This document shows, piece by piece, positions 12,957 through 23,851 of a stretch of DNA of 64,000 nucleotides (position 1 is its first letter; every line of letters begins with the position of its first letter). This DNA is from Candidatus Gottesmanbacteria bacterium (GTDB taxonomy: Bacteria; Patescibacteriota; Microgenomatia; 2-02-FULL-39-11), in contig JACPKY010000002.1 in NCBI GenBank assembly GCA_016186795.1, positions 90,593 through 154,592 of the forward strand. The letters are read 5' to 3'. The translations under genes and the position numbers were made by a program. Below the pieces are notes generated by a model that was not told the origin of the DNA, did no database searches, and was given only the letters and a program-made list of their open reading frames with translations.

Positions 12957-14657
12957 ATGGACCTTGACCAAAAAATACTGCCAATTCTTATCAGTAAAGG
13001 GATTATTTCCCAAAGTATCGCCGATGAAGTAAAGCAAATCTCAATAAATACCGGTCTTTCCATTGTCGAAATACTCCTCAAGAAAAGCCTCATTGCAGAA
13101 GATGATTTATTAGCGGTGAAAGCCGAAATTTACCACGTTCCATTTTTGTCTCTCGTTGGTCGTGGAATTTCTCCTGAAATATTAACTCTCATTCCCGAAC
13201 CCGTTGCAAGGAAATACAAGATCATTCCATTTGAACTTGATCACCCAACGGATAAATTGAAAGTAGCGATGGTTGACCCTCTCGATCTTCCAACCGTCGA
13301 GTTCTTGGAGCAAAAGTCCGGAAAATCAATTTTCCCTTATCTTGCCAAAGAAGTAGAAATACTAGAAAAGATCGAAGAGGTCTATACTGCAGGGTTATCT
13401 GCAGAAGTCACAGAGGCGTTAAAAGATACCGCCGATTCCGAAACTGCTCGTCAAGATCCGAATCTTATTAATAAAATCATCAAGGAAGCGCCCGTTTCCA
13501 AAATTGTTGCCACAATTTTGGAATACGCCATGCGCAGTCGGGCATCTGATATTCATATAGAGCCGCATGAGACACGAACAAGGGTGCGATACAGAATTGA
13601 TGGAATTCTCCATGAACGATTAGCTCTTCCCAAGTCTGTTCATGAGGCGGTTATATCACGTATCAAAATTCTTTCCGATATGAAAATAGACGAGCGCCGA
13701 ACTCCGCAAGATGGCCGTTTCACATTTAAGTTCGGTGGAGATGAGGTTGACCTTCGTGTTTCGACACTTCCCACAGTTCATGGTGAGAAGGTAGTCATTC
13801 GTCTGTTAAAAAAAACCGGCGGTATTCCAGAACTTCCGGAATTAGGCCTCCGTGGTACCACCCTCAAAGTATTGGAAAACGCCATTACCAGACCTCACGG
13901 TATTATTCTTGTGACCGGTCCGACGGGTTCGGGAAAAACAACAACGCTGTATTCTGTTTTATCCCGTCTTAACACTCCGAAAGTAAATATTGTCACACTA
14001 GAAGATCCAGTCGAGTATGAAATATCGGGATTAAATCAAGTCCAGATAAATCCTGCAGCCGGGCTTACTTTTGCAAACGGCATTCGATCGTTTCTTCGGC
14101 AAGATCCGAATATTATTCTTGTTGGAGAAATCCGTGATGGTGAAACAACCGGACTTGCAGTTCAAGCTGCCTTGACGGGACATTTAGTTTTCTCAACACT
14201 TCATACCAATGATGCCTCAACTGCAATTCCGAGACTGCTTGATTTAGGGGCTGAACCGTTTCTTATCGTGTCAGTTCTCAATGCCGTTTTGGCTCAAAGA
14301 ATTACAAGAAGAATTTGTACGTTTTGTAAAGAGTCATACACTCCCCTTCCTGCAGTGATTACCGATATAAAACAGGTTTTAGGGAAACTTTTCCCAGAGG
14401 GGAAAGAGACGCCACTCTATCGTGGAAAAGGATGTAAGGAATGCAACAACACAGGGTATCTTGGAAGAATTGGCATTTTCGAGGCGATAAATGTCACTGC
14501 CTCCTTATCAAAAATGATCATCGAGCATGCCACGGCCGGACAAATTGAAAAACAAGCTCTTGAAGAAGGACTCATCACCATGAAACAAGATGGGTATCTG
14601 AAAGTGTTGGATGGGACAACGACAATTGAGGAAGTTATAAGAGTCGCACAGGAATAA
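12957..14657 (+). CDS. pilB: Type IV pilus assembly ATPase (PilB/GspE)
   Basis: ASDIHIEP, GPTGSGKT, LRQDPNIILVGEIRD, tetracysteine motif. Confidence 0.95.
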   Translation: MDLDQKILPILISKGIISQSIADEVKQISINTGLSIVEILLKKSLIAEDDLLAVKAEIYHVPFLSLVGRGISPEILTLIPEPVARKYKIIPFELDHPTDKLKVAMVDPLDLPTVEFLEQKSGKSIFPYLAKEVEILEKIEEVYTAGLSAEVTEALKDTADSETARQDPNLINKIIKEAPVSKIVATILEYAMRSRASDIHIEPHETRTRVRYRIDGILHERLALPKSVHEAVISRIKILSDMKIDERRTPQDGRFTFKFGGDEVDLRVSTLPTVHGEKVVIRLLKKTGGIPELPELGLRGTTLKVLENAITRPHGIILVTGPTGSGKTTTLYSVLSRLNTPKVNIVTLEDPVEYEISGLNQVQINPAAGLTFANGIRSFLRQDPNIILVGEIRDGETTGLAVQAALTGHLVFSTLHTNDASTAIPRLLDLGAEPFLIVSVLNAVLAQRITRRICTFCKESYTPLPAVITDIKQVLGKLFPEGKETPLYRGKGCKECNNTGYLGRIGIFEAINVTASLSKMIIEHATAGQIEKQALEEGLITMKQDGYLKVLDGTTTIEEVIRVAQE

Positions 14658-14658
14658 T

Positions 14659-15726
14659 ATGGACATTCAAGAACTACTTACCGTTGCGGTAACACGAAAT
14701 GCATCAGATCTCCATATTGTCAGTGGACATCTCCCCACGATCCGTGTGCAGGGAGAACTTCATCCCCTGGTCACGTATCCGGAGATTACAGCAGATGAGA
14801 TCGAGAAGATGGTTTTTTCTTTACTTACCGGTACCCAAAAAGATCTTCTTGTCACAAATAGAGAGTTAGATTTTTCCGTCGTCTATGAATTTGAAGGCGG
14901 TAGAACTGTCCGATTCCGCACAAACGCCTACTATCAGAAAGGAACGCTTGCTGCGGCATTTCGGGTCATTCCTGGTATTGTTCCTACACTTTCGGAACTT
15001 CATTTACCGGCCGACCTTATCGAATTTACAAAATTGAAGCAAGGATTAGTTCTTATTACGGGTGCAACTGGACAAGGAAAGTCAACCACACTTGCCTCAC
15101 TTATTAACGAAATCAATAAATCGCGTCGTGTCCACGTTGTGACGATTGAGGATCCTATTGAGTATGTCTATCCCAAAGAAAAGGCAATGATTTCTCAAAG
15201 AGAAATGTATGGAGATACGCACTCTTGGGCTTCTGCGTTGAAAGTAGTACTTCGCGAAGATCCCGACGTTGTCTTTATTGGGGAGATGCGTGATTTGGAG
15301 ACAGTTGCGTCAGTTCTCACGATTGCAGAAACAGGACATCTTGTTTTTTCCACCCTCCATACCAATACTGCGGCTCAGACGATCGATAGAATTATTGATA
15401 TATTTCCACCGGTAAAACAAGATCAGGTAAAGCTGCAACTTTCCATGGTTCTTGCTGGAACAGTGACGCAGCGTTTAGTACCTGGAGTTGACGGGATGAG
15501 ACTTCCGGTTTGCGAAGTGCTTGTAGGAACTGCCAGTATTAAAAATACCCTTCGTGAGGGAAAAACTCACCTTATTGATAATATTATCCAAACATCATCA
15601 GACGTTGGAATGCGACTTTTTGAGGAGGATTTGAAGGATAAAGTGAAAAACAACCTTATTACTCACGAAGTAGCACTCGAATACGCCTTTCGTCCAGATA
15701 CGTATCTTCAACTTATTGAACGCTAA
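14659..15726 (+). CDS. pilT: Type IV pilus retraction ATPase
   Basis: ASDLH, GATGQGKST, TIEDPIE, LREDPD, GEMRD, SIKNTLRE (AIRNLIRE-like). Confidence 0.93.
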   Translation: MDIQELLTVAVTRNASDLHIVSGHLPTIRVQGELHPLVTYPEITADEIEKMVFSLLTGTQKDLLVTNRELDFSVVYEFEGGRTVRFRTNAYYQKGTLAAAFRVIPGIVPTLSELHLPADLIEFTKLKQGLVLITGATGQGKSTTLASLINEINKSRRVHVVTIEDPIEYVYPKEKAMISQREMYGDTHSWASALKVVLREDPDVVFIGEMRDLETVASVLTIAETGHLVFSTLHTNTAAQTIDRIIDIFPPVKQDQVKLQLSMVLAGTVTQRLVPGVDGMRLPVCEVLVGTASIKNTLREGKTHLIDNIIQTSSDVGMRLFEEDLKDKVKNNLITHEVALEYAFRPDTYLQLIER

Positions 15727-15735
15727 CTTACCTTT

Positions 15736-16935
15736 ATGCCACGTTTTAGCTACCGAGTGAAAGATCAACTAGGGAAGACAGTGAAAGGTCTTGTGGAGGG
15801 GAAATCGGCAAAACACGCTTTAAACCTTCTTCATGAACGGGGATTTTTTGTTATCTCTCTTAAAGAAGCGGGAGAACCATTTGCTATTCGAATTCACTCA
15901 TCGGGTATTTCTTTTAATGACCTTGTTCACTTCACCCGGCAACTTTCAACCATGATCACATCAGGACTTACCCTTGCTGATGCGTTGGGGATTTTGCAGC
16001 AGCAGATCAAGAAACCAAATCTTATTCGCCTCGTGAATCAGGTTGAGGATGATGTTCAAGGTGGGAAATCTTTTGCAGAATCATTAGAAAAGTACCCTGA
16101 TACATTTCCCCCGATTTATCTCGCACTGGTTCGTGCAGGGGAAGCGTCAGGAAAATTGGATGTTATTCTCTCAAGACTTGCGGATAATCTGGATAAATCG
16201 AGAGAGTTTCGAAATAAAATTCGCGGCGCACTCACCTACCCTGCTATCGTTGTTGGTGGCCTTGGGGCAGTATCAATCATTGTTATAACAGTGGTTGTAC
16301 CAAGACTTACCAAACTGTATACGGAATTCGGGGTAGAGCTTCCTCTTCCTACACGGATTCTGATTGCACTTTCAAATCTCATGATAAATTCATGGTACTT
16401 GGTTATTGGCGTCCCGGTTGTTTTCGGAATTCTTTTTCTTCGGTGGAAAAAAACAAAACTTGGACAAAGGATAGTCGCGCAAACTCTCATGCGGCTTCCG
16501 ATTCTTGGACCTCTTATTCGGGAATCAACGCTCGTTGAGATTACTCGAACGCTTGCCCTTTTGGTTGATGGGGGTGTTCCGATACTAACCGCACTTCAAA
16601 TTGCTCAAGATGCGACAGGGAACATTCTTTTTAAAGAAGCGTTTGCGGATGCAGCTAAAAAAGTAGAAAAAGGGTTTGCATTATCTGAGCCGTTTTCCGT
16701 TAATCCGATTTTTCCTCCAATATTGGGACAAATGGTTGCCGTTGGTGAACAGACTGGGAAACTCGGTGATTCTCTCTACAAACTTTCCCACTATTTTGAG
16801 ACGGAAGCAGATGCAGTTGTTAGAACCTTGACAACTATGATTGAACCACTTATCATGGTTATATTAGGCTTGGGAGTTGGGTTTTTAGTCATTGCAGTTC
16901 TTGTTCCAATTTATTCCCTGACAAGCAAATTTTAG
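15736..16935 (+). CDS. pilC: Type IV pilus platform protein (PilC/GspF)
   Basis: FTRQLSTMI, GEASGKL, ALTYP, GEQTGKL, MIEP. Confidence 0.95.
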   Translation: MPRFSYRVKDQLGKTVKGLVEGKSAKHALNLLHERGFFVISLKEAGEPFAIRIHSSGISFNDLVHFTRQLSTMITSGLTLADALGILQQQIKKPNLIRLVNQVEDDVQGGKSFAESLEKYPDTFPPIYLALVRAGEASGKLDVILSRLADNLDKSREFRNKIRGALTYPAIVVGGLGAVSIIVITVVVPRLTKLYTEFGVELPLPTRILIALSNLMINSWYLVIGVPVVFGILFLRWKKTKLGQRIVAQTLMRLPILGPLIRESTLVEITRTLALLVDGGVPILTALQIAQDATGNILFKEAFADAAKKVEKGFALSEPFSVNPIFPPILGQMVAVGEQTGKLGDSLYKLSHYFETEADAVVRTLTTMIEPLIMVILGLGVGFLVIAVLVPIYSLTSKF

Positions 16936-16959
16936 ACTACTTTCTCTATGAGAATTCAT

Positions 16960-16971
16960 GAAAGGGGGTGA
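16960..16971 (+). promoter_or_regulatory. Strong Shine-Dalgarno-like motif GAAAGGGGGTGA before the probable major pilin
   Basis: Motif ends 10 nt before ATG 16982; most other genes here lack such a motif. Confidence 0.6.
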
Positions 16972-16981
16972 GAAAATTCAA

Positions 16982-17560
16982 ATGAATAGGATAACATTGC
17001 GTGCCCGAGAAGGTTTTACCATGATCGAGCTCCTTATCGTTATCGCTGTTTTGGGTTTTCTTGCCGTGGCGGTTTTGTCTGCAATTAATCCAATAGAACA
17101 AATAAATCGAAGTAAAGATACAGCCAGTCGGTCTGATGCTGAGCAGCTAATTTCTGGATCGGACAGGTATTACACCCAGAAAGGGTATTATCCCTGGATG
17201 GGAGCTGTTGATGATGTAACAAACCAGTTTGCATTTAACAATGCAAGCTTAGTCAAAGTTGCGACAAATAATACCGATGTAAACCGAGCTTTAACTGCAT
17301 TATCAACCAATACCAGTGAGCTCAAAAGTTCATTTATCACAAGAATTACAGCAGGTGATTACAATCCTCTTTACTTTTTCAATCGAGGATTACAGGGAGA
17401 TAGTGTATACATATGTTTTCTCCCTAAATCGAAAGCATTTGTCGATGATGCATGGACGAGATGTGGTGGTGCGGGAGGAACAGGATTACCGACTGATCTA
17501 ATCCCTGCGAATGCTCAACTTTGTCAGAATGCAAATACAGCGTATGCGTGTCTGCCGTAA
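16982..17560 (+). CDS. Type IV pilin, probable major pilin
   Basis: G|FTMIELLIVIAVL class III signal; four C-terminal Cys; start moved from 16958 to 16982 because of the SD-like motif. Confidence 0.88.
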   Translation: MNRITLRAREGFTMIELLIVIAVLGFLAVAVLSAINPIEQINRSKDTASRSDAEQLISGSDRYYTQKGYYPWMGAVDDVTNQFAFNNASLVKVATNNTDVNRALTALSTNTSELKSSFITRITAGDYNPLYFFNRGLQGDSVYICFLPKSKAFVDDAWTRCGGAGGTGLPTDLIPANAQLCQNANTAYACLP

Positions 17561-17584
17561 ACGTATAACAAGGTATTAATAGTA

Positions 17585-19465
17585 TTAATAGTTTAGTCGA
17601 GCAGCGTCATAAAAGAAATTCGGATTATTCGTTTTTTGAAAGAGTTGGTAATAGATTGTTTGAAGCGGGTTCAAGTAGCCAGATGAGTGGAGAATAGTTT
17701 TGCCCACAAGATTTAATGAGAATGGAAGAGGATAAAGATGGCTTGCCCTTTTGAGAAGGTAGAGGCTTTGGGGCAAGTCATCTTTTTCTACGTAAAGATC
17801 TGAGAGGGTAAGGTAGAATTTTGGGGCAACGTATGGGTTTTTAGTAATTCTTTCCTCAAGAAAACGGATCGATTGGTTCACGTCTCCTTTCCCATAAACG
17901 ATAAGTGCCTTTTGGTAGACAGATTCGGCACTCTCCCCTTCAATAGTTTCCCTTTTTGATAGAGAGAGAAGAACCAAGTCGTATTGCCTTTTTTCCAAAG
18001 CGGTTGCGGCAAGCCAGGTATAGACGGTGGGATTTACAAAAAACGTGCTTTCACGGGTGAGGAGCGTTAAAAGTTTTTCTGTCTTTTCAATTTCACCTCG
18101 GACGAAGAACCGTTGACCTTGTTGCAAGAGAAAAGCGTTGAGGAGAAAGAGCATCGAGATAAAAAGCAGTGGGAGTGTCATAAGAGATAGTTTTTTCCCT
18201 TTGAGAGTGGTCATATCGCTCCTATCAAAGACTTTGGCTGCCAGGAAGTAAAAAAAACAAAGGATAGGAAATAGTTGGAAAGAAAACGAAATAAAAGTCA
18301 GAGGAAGATAGAAGACGATCGGAAGAAGGTATGAAAACTGAAGCGGAGCATTCTCTAAAATCGAAACTTTTAGTTGGAGAATCGCTTTTCGTCCCAGATA
18401 CAAAAATAAGAGCAGTTTCAGTACAAAAGGAAATAGTCCAGTTTCTACAAACGTGAGGAGTAACTCATTATCAAGAGAACTTGAAAATATCCACGGACGA
18501 TTAAGATTTTGCTCGTACAAACCAGCAAATGCTCCGATACCGCTGCCCCAGATGAAATTCTTTTGCAGGAGGTCGAAAGCAAACGCATACGCGTTCCCTC
18601 TATCGAAGTAGTGGTACTGGAAGAGGTGTGGAGCGATTTGATCGGGTATGAGTCGTGTACCAAACGAAGAAGTGATGTTTGGGACGATAAGCGTTAAAAG
18701 AAGGATGAAGAATAATATTTTCCTTACGAGAAATATTGAGGGTAATTTTTTCGGTTGGAAATATGAACGGAGGACAACAATCGTTACGGCAAAAAAGGAG
18801 AGGATTAAAAGTGGAATATACGCTCCAGTTAGAATCCAGGCAACCGTGATGAGAATGAGCATTCCAAATTGGATAAGTTGTAACGCAACTGTTGAGCGGG
18901 ATAAAAGATATCGAGAATATGCGATTGGGAAGGAGAAGAGAAAGAGAGTTGCTGCATTGGTAGGCCAGTTATACGGTAAGAGAAGTGGGATACTATGGGA
19001 GGAAAGGTTTCGACTGGTATACTCCAAAATCCCGATAAGTGCAAGGAGGGAAACGATCACGGTACAAGTTTTTATCGTCAAATCCTCTCCCCCATTTTTT
19101 ATACGAGCAAGGTTGTATGAAAAAATTACGATAAAAAAAAGTCCTGCTTGGGAAAGAAGGTCCAAAATCGGTTGGTACGATTGGCCAGTTGTAAGAGCAG
19201 AAATCAGACGAGATAGAAGAAGTAAGAAGATCACAAAAGAAAAAATTTTGGGTACAAAAAATTGTCTGTCTCGCGCAAGGACAAAAAGCGAGAGGAGCGT
19301 AAAAAGAAGGATTGGGATGCGGATATCATCACGCACCTGATAGAAAAACAGCTCAAAGGAAATTATACCGGCAAAAAGGATAGTTACTATTTTTTCTTTC
19401 TTGAACACGGATGGTATAGTATAGTGTAATTTATTCATTGAGTACAATGTCAATTCGTCCTCCAT
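17585..19465 (-). CDS. O-antigen ligase/O-oligosaccharyltransferase-like membrane protein with C-terminal TPR
   Basis: Multi-TM; WGSGIGAF and DNELLLTFVETG resemble Wzy_C (usual His replaced by Asp); TPR-like tail; start uncertain. Confidence 0.7.
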   Translation of the reverse strand: MEDELTLYSMNKLHYTIPSVFKKEKIVTILFAGIISFELFFYQVRDDIRIPILLFTLLSLFVLARDRQFFVPKIFSFVIFLLLLSRLISALTTGQSYQPILDLLSQAGLFFIVIFSYNLARIKNGGEDLTIKTCTVIVSLLALIGILEYTSRNLSSHSIPLLLPYNWPTNAATLFLFSFPIAYSRYLLSRSTVALQLIQFGMLILITVAWILTGAYIPLLILSFFAVTIVVLRSYFQPKKLPSIFLVRKILFFILLLTLIVPNITSSFGTRLIPDQIAPHLFQYHYFDRGNAYAFAFDLLQKNFIWGSGIGAFAGLYEQNLNRPWIFSSSLDNELLLTFVETGLFPFVLKLLLFLYLGRKAILQLKVSILENAPLQFSYLLPIVFYLPLTFISFSFQLFPILCFFYFLAAKVFDRSDMTTLKGKKLSLMTLPLLFISMLFLLNAFLLQQGQRFFVRGEIEKTEKLLTLLTRESTFFVNPTVYTWLAATALEKRQYDLVLLSLSKRETIEGESAESVYQKALIVYGKGDVNQSIRFLEERITKNPYVAPKFYLTLSDLYVEKDDLPQSLYLLKRASHLYPLPFSLNLVGKTILHSSGYLNPLQTIYYQLFQKTNNPNFFYDAARLNY

Positions 19466-20532
19466 CTGTTTCAGTAGTTATTCTTAACCACAATGGAGGG
19501 AAAGTGACAGTTCGATGTGTAAAAAGTGTACTCGCATCCAGTTATCCGAATTACGAAATAGTTCTTATCGATAACGCATCGAATAAAAAAGATATTCAAC
19601 TTTTACGCCAGCATTTCCATACATATCCTCACATAACATTTATTCCTCACTCAGAAAATGCAGGGTACGCCGAGGGGAATAATCTTGGGGCTGCGGTTAG
19701 TCAGGGAAAATATCTCGTATTTTTAAATAACGATGCAATCGTACCATCAAATTTTTTAGAAAAACCCATAGACATACTTCGCAAAAACCCACACATTGCT
19801 TTTCTGCAACCAAAAATTAAATGGATGCGAAATCCCCGTTTCCTTGAATATGCAGGAGGGGCGGGAGGGTTCATGGATTTTATTGGCTATCCGTTTGTCC
19901 GAGGGAGAATTTTTGGCTCCCTCGAAGAAGATATTTCCCAGTACGATGATGAGCGAGATGTATTTTGGGCAAGCGGAGTTGCCCTCTATTGCCGAAAAGC
20001 TGTATTTGAACGCCTTGGACGCTTCGATCCATACTTTTTTACCCATGGGGAGGAAGAAGATATTTGTTTCAGAGCACACCGTGTAGGACTCAGAGTTGTC
20101 TATAGTCCATCGGTTGAAATATTACATATCGGGGCATACACCGGCAACCGAAATGTTGCCAGAAAAACATTTTACAACCACCGGAATCACCTTGTTTTGC
20201 TTTTTAAGAATTTAAAAATTCGGGAGTTACTCCTGGTTTTTCCAATTCGAATTGTCTGTGATATTGCTTCCCTTTTATACTATCTTCTCCATTATGGATC
20301 TCGGAAGACTCCTCTTTCAGTTATCGGCGCATATGTCTCTTTTTTTGTTGATTTTCCTCAAATCATCCGCGCTCGCAGACTATATAAAATCGGGAAATTT
20401 GGCTACCCTCAAAAGACAGGACTTATTTACCGTGGGAGTATTATCGTAGATTATTTTCTTTTTGGCAAAAAAAGATGGAGCGAGATTTTCAATCTTGCAT
20501 TTCCAAAAGGCAAAATCGCAAAAATTTTCTGA
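19447..20532 (+). CDS. Glycosyltransferase family 2
   Basis: VSVVILNHNG, IDNAS, FLNNDA, EEEDIC; ATG 19447 preferred to TTG 19438. Confidence 0.9.
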   Translation: MSIRPPSVSVVILNHNGGKVTVRCVKSVLASSYPNYEIVLIDNASNKKDIQLLRQHFHTYPHITFIPHSENAGYAEGNNLGAAVSQGKYLVFLNNDAIVPSNFLEKPIDILRKNPHIAFLQPKIKWMRNPRFLEYAGGAGGFMDFIGYPFVRGRIFGSLEEDISQYDDERDVFWASGVALYCRKAVFERLGRFDPYFFTHGEEEDICFRAHRVGLRVVYSPSVEILHIGAYTGNRNVARKTFYNHRNHLVLLFKNLKIRELLLVFPIRIVCDIASLLYYLLHYGSRKTPLSVIGAYVSFFVDFPQIIRARRLYKIGKFGYPQKTGLIYRGSIIVDYFLFGKKRWSEIFNLAFPKGKIAKIF

Positions 20533-22061
20533 TGTCAGGCATTACCCCCAAATCGTTTTCATACCGATCCTTGGCGCACCTATTCCTGCGTATGCTATTC
20601 TACCTTTGGCTTTTTGGAATCTTTTTCTCTTTATCATTTGCACTCGTCTATGATCCAGACTTTGGGTGGCATATCAGGTACGGGAAAGAAATTGTTGAAA
20701 AGAATCGTATTTTAACGGTCGATACATTCACCCATACAATTTCTGGAAATCCGCTTGTCGATAATGAATGGTTAAGTGAAGCTATTTTTTATCTACTATT
20801 CACAAACTTTTCATTTTTCGGTCTCTCATTTTTTGTTGCCGGTATAACCGCACTTGCATTATTTATCCCTATTGCGGGAATTTCGGGTCGCTGGGAAATA
20901 AAAAGTCTCCTTGCCATTCTTTCTCTCATCGGTTCAAATTCGTTTCTCCGGGTTGGTCCTCGTCCTCAAAATTTTACCCTCCTCTTGTTTTCACTGTTAT
21001 ATCTTTGTCTCCTTTATTATTCTGAGTCGAAGAAAGTGCGATTTATAGTTTTCCTTCCATTTTTACTACTCCTCTGGGCAAATATGCACCCGGGATACAT
21101 GTTGGGAATTGGTGTCATTGTACTTTTTATTGTGGCAGAATTGTTCCGTACTATTCTGGAAAGCCGTAAAAGAAAAAATGGTTCTTTACGCTATATTTTC
21201 CCTCTATGTCTTGTACTTATCTTTTCCGTACTCTTTTCAATGGTCCGACCATATAGCGAAAAAGTCACTGGTCCTTCCGGCAGTTTACTTCAAGCAATTT
21301 TTCTCCCTGCAAAACTCGCATCGGAAACATCTATCATTGGGACCGTACGGACATCGATCTCTGAATGGTTACCACCAATTCTTGTTGACATACCAGGGAC
21401 TCTCCTTCTTTTTGGAGTTATTGCTGTTGTTGGCCTGTTTGCACTCAAAAATTTTACTTCCAGAGACGTTGTTCCCCTTATTCTTATTTCATTTTTCGTC
21501 TACTTTGCCACTTTATCTCGAAGAAATACACCATTTTTCTTTTTAGGAATTTCTCCAATAGTTCTTCTCTCATTCAAAAAATACATAAACGAATTCATTG
21601 CTTGGAAAGGTGTAAAAGTTGGCATCATCGTCCTTATGGTTGGCGTTACATGGAATGCAGTTACGCGTTTGAATGAAAATATTTCTTTGGTGAGGGCTGT
21701 CGAAAAAAAAGATACGCTCTATTGTCAGACGCTCAACTATCCTTGCGGCGCAATTGAGTATATCCGGCGAACGAAACCATCCGGAAACCTGTACAATTTT
21801 TATACGTGGGGTGGATACCTTGACTTGGTACTCCCCGAATACCCCGTTTTTATTGACGGTCGTATCCCTGGTTCAATACTGTATGAAGAATTTGAGAGAG
21901 TGTTTACTCTCCACAAGAGTTGGGAAGAAATACTAACAAAGTACCATGTGAATATCATCCTTATACCTCGGCATAGATTATTTGAAGAGCTTGTCACTCA
22001 TGATGGGAAATGGAAGATTGCCTACACGGATGATAGTTCTGTTGTTCTTGTAAGAAATTGA
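20532..22061 (+). CDS. Multi-pass membrane protein, possible GT-C-type glycosyltransferase
   Basis: DPDFGWH first loop, EWLSE, RPQNF, LWANMHPG, WGGYL, VFIDGR; ATG overlaps upstream TGA. Confidence 0.6.
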   Translation: MSGITPKSFSYRSLAHLFLRMLFYLWLFGIFFSLSFALVYDPDFGWHIRYGKEIVEKNRILTVDTFTHTISGNPLVDNEWLSEAIFYLLFTNFSFFGLSFFVAGITALALFIPIAGISGRWEIKSLLAILSLIGSNSFLRVGPRPQNFTLLLFSLLYLCLLYYSESKKVRFIVFLPFLLLLWANMHPGYMLGIGVIVLFIVAELFRTILESRKRKNGSLRYIFPLCLVLIFSVLFSMVRPYSEKVTGPSGSLLQAIFLPAKLASETSIIGTVRTSISEWLPPILVDIPGTLLLFGVIAVVGLFALKNFTSRDVVPLILISFFVYFATLSRRNTPFFFLGISPIVLLSFKKYINEFIAWKGVKVGIIVLMVGVTWNAVTRLNENISLVRAVEKKDTLYCQTLNYPCGAIEYIRRTKPSGNLYNFYTWGGYLDLVLPEYPVFIDGRIPGSILYEEFERVFTLHKSWEEILTKYHVNIILIPRHRLFEELVTHDGKWKIAYTDDSSVVLVRN

Positions 22062-22062
22062 G

Positions 22063-23058
22063 ATGAAAAAGAAGACCATTTGTTTTGTTGTCTGGAATAC
22101 CAAAAAAAGTGGAGGGCTTGCAGTTATTGCAAAACAGGCAGCGTGGATTGCAAGTCTTGGTCACAACGTTTCTGTTTGTACCATTGTCCCGGGAGATCGG
22201 AATCTTTTCCCCAAAAATATCCCTTTTTTTTCTCCTTTCCAGTTTTGGAACATGAGGAAGTTTTACGATATTGTCATTGCCACTTTCTGGCCGACTGCCT
22301 ATCTTTTACCATTCATAAACTCGGCAAAAAGGGTGTATTTTGTGCAAGGGTGGGAGCCTGGTTTTTCTAAAAATATCATCCTTTCAAGACTTGCCCAAGA
22401 AACATACTCTTTTCCTTATTTTACCATTACTGTTTCTCCGTATCTTTCAGAAAAACTGCAAAAGTACAAATCTTCGCATGTTCCCATCGTATCCCCTGGT
22501 ATTGATCGGACTTTCTTCCGTGTTAGGCCAAAAAGACGCCCAAGGCGTCCCTTTTGCCAAATATTTTCAGTTCTGTCAACCTACGATTATCCCAAAGGAG
22601 TCGATATACTTATTGACCTTGTCCGGAAAATTAAAAAATCATACCCATCATTTCGTTTCGCGTTAGCTTCTTATGAAAAGAATCCTCCAAGTCCTGATTT
22701 TGATGTTTTTTATACGAATCCGTCTCAAATGCTTCTTCGTCAGTTGTATTCTCAAAGTGATCTTTTCCTCCATACTTCAAGGAGCGAAGGTTTTCCTCTC
22801 CCTCCTTTGGAAGCGATGGCAAGTAGTTGTCCGGTCATTGCAACAGATTCCGGGGGGATTCGTGCGTATGCCAAGGATAGATACAACTGTTTCCTTTTTA
22901 ATCGTCCTGAGAAACTCATAACGGACAGACTTATCGAAAAAGTTTGGAACAATACAAAAACGCGTCGCTTTCTTATTCGAAACGCCTATCGTACAGCTCA
23001 ACAATTCAGCTGGGAGCATTCTTTGAAAGCTTGGGAGAAAGAACTTTTTCATTCATAA
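22063..23058 (+). CDS. Glycosyltransferase family 4
   Basis: SGGLAVI, EGFPLPPLEAMASSCPVI. Confidence 0.9.
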   Translation: MKKKTICFVVWNTKKSGGLAVIAKQAAWIASLGHNVSVCTIVPGDRNLFPKNIPFFSPFQFWNMRKFYDIVIATFWPTAYLLPFINSAKRVYFVQGWEPGFSKNIILSRLAQETYSFPYFTITVSPYLSEKLQKYKSSHVPIVSPGIDRTFFRVRPKRRPRRPFCQIFSVLSTYDYPKGVDILIDLVRKIKKSYPSFRFALASYEKNPPSPDFDVFYTNPSQMLLRQLYSQSDLFLHTSRSEGFPLPPLEAMASSCPVIATDSGGIRAYAKDRYNCFLFNRPEKLITDRLIEKVWNNTKTRRFLIRNAYRTAQQFSWEHSLKAWEKELFHS

Positions 23059-23065
23059 TAGAGGT

Positions 23066-23851
23066 ATGGTTATCTCGGCAATTGTTTTTTTCATAGGTAC
23101 CCTCATAGGTTCATTTCTCAACGTTGTGATTGATCGAATTCCCGCCAATCGATCGATCATCAGAGGGAGATCTCACTGTGATTTTTGTAAACATGTACTT
23201 GGTCCACGCGATTTAGTCCCTATTATCTCGTTTCTTCTCCTGAGGGGGCGATGCCGTTTCTGTCACAAAAAGATATCCGTCCAGTATCCTCTGGTTGAAC
23301 TATTCACAGGCAGTCTTTTTCTAGGAGTATTTGCAACATACGTTACCTCGCAGTACCTAAGCGTAAAAGGTCTTTTCATCCAACTTCTCCCCTCTTGGGT
23401 TCTTATCTCGTGTTTCATTGTGATTTTTGTTACCGATTTAAAGTATACCCTCATTCCTGATGAGGTAATTATCCTTTCGGGAATTGCCGCTTTCATTCTC
23501 ATAGGAGGAAGTGGAGATGGGAGGGCAATTTGGGAAAATCTGGTTTCCGGCGGGATTTTTTCCTTGATATTTTTTTTTCTCTTTTTCATAACGCGTGGAA
23601 AAGGCATGGGATTTGGCGATGTGAAACTGTCGTTCGTATTAGGACTTATCTTGGGACTACCCAGGATAATAATTGCCTTTTATCTCTCTTTCTTGACAGG
23701 AGCCATTGTTTCTTTGATACTGTTACTACAGGGGAAAAAGAAACTAAAAAGTACAATTCCGTTCGGACCGTTTCTCGTGGTCGGAACTGTAATTGCGTAT
23801 GTTTGGGGGGATACATTATGGGTTTTGTTTAAACGGATTGTTGGGATATGA
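23066..23851 (+). CDS. pilD: Prepilin peptidase/N-methyltransferase
   Basis: GSFLNVVIDR, two CxxC, GMGFGDVKL, IPFGPFL. Confidence 0.95.
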   Translation: MVISAIVFFIGTLIGSFLNVVIDRIPANRSIIRGRSHCDFCKHVLGPRDLVPIISFLLLRGRCRFCHKKISVQYPLVELFTGSLFLGVFATYVTSQYLSVKGLFIQLLPSWVLISCFIVIFVTDLKYTLIPDEVIILSGIAAFILIGGSGDGRAIWENLVSGGIFSLIFFFLFFITRGKGMGFGDVKLSFVLGLILGLPRIIIAFYLSFLTGAIVSLILLLQGKKKLKSTIPFGPFLVVGTVIAYVWGDTLWVLFKRIVGI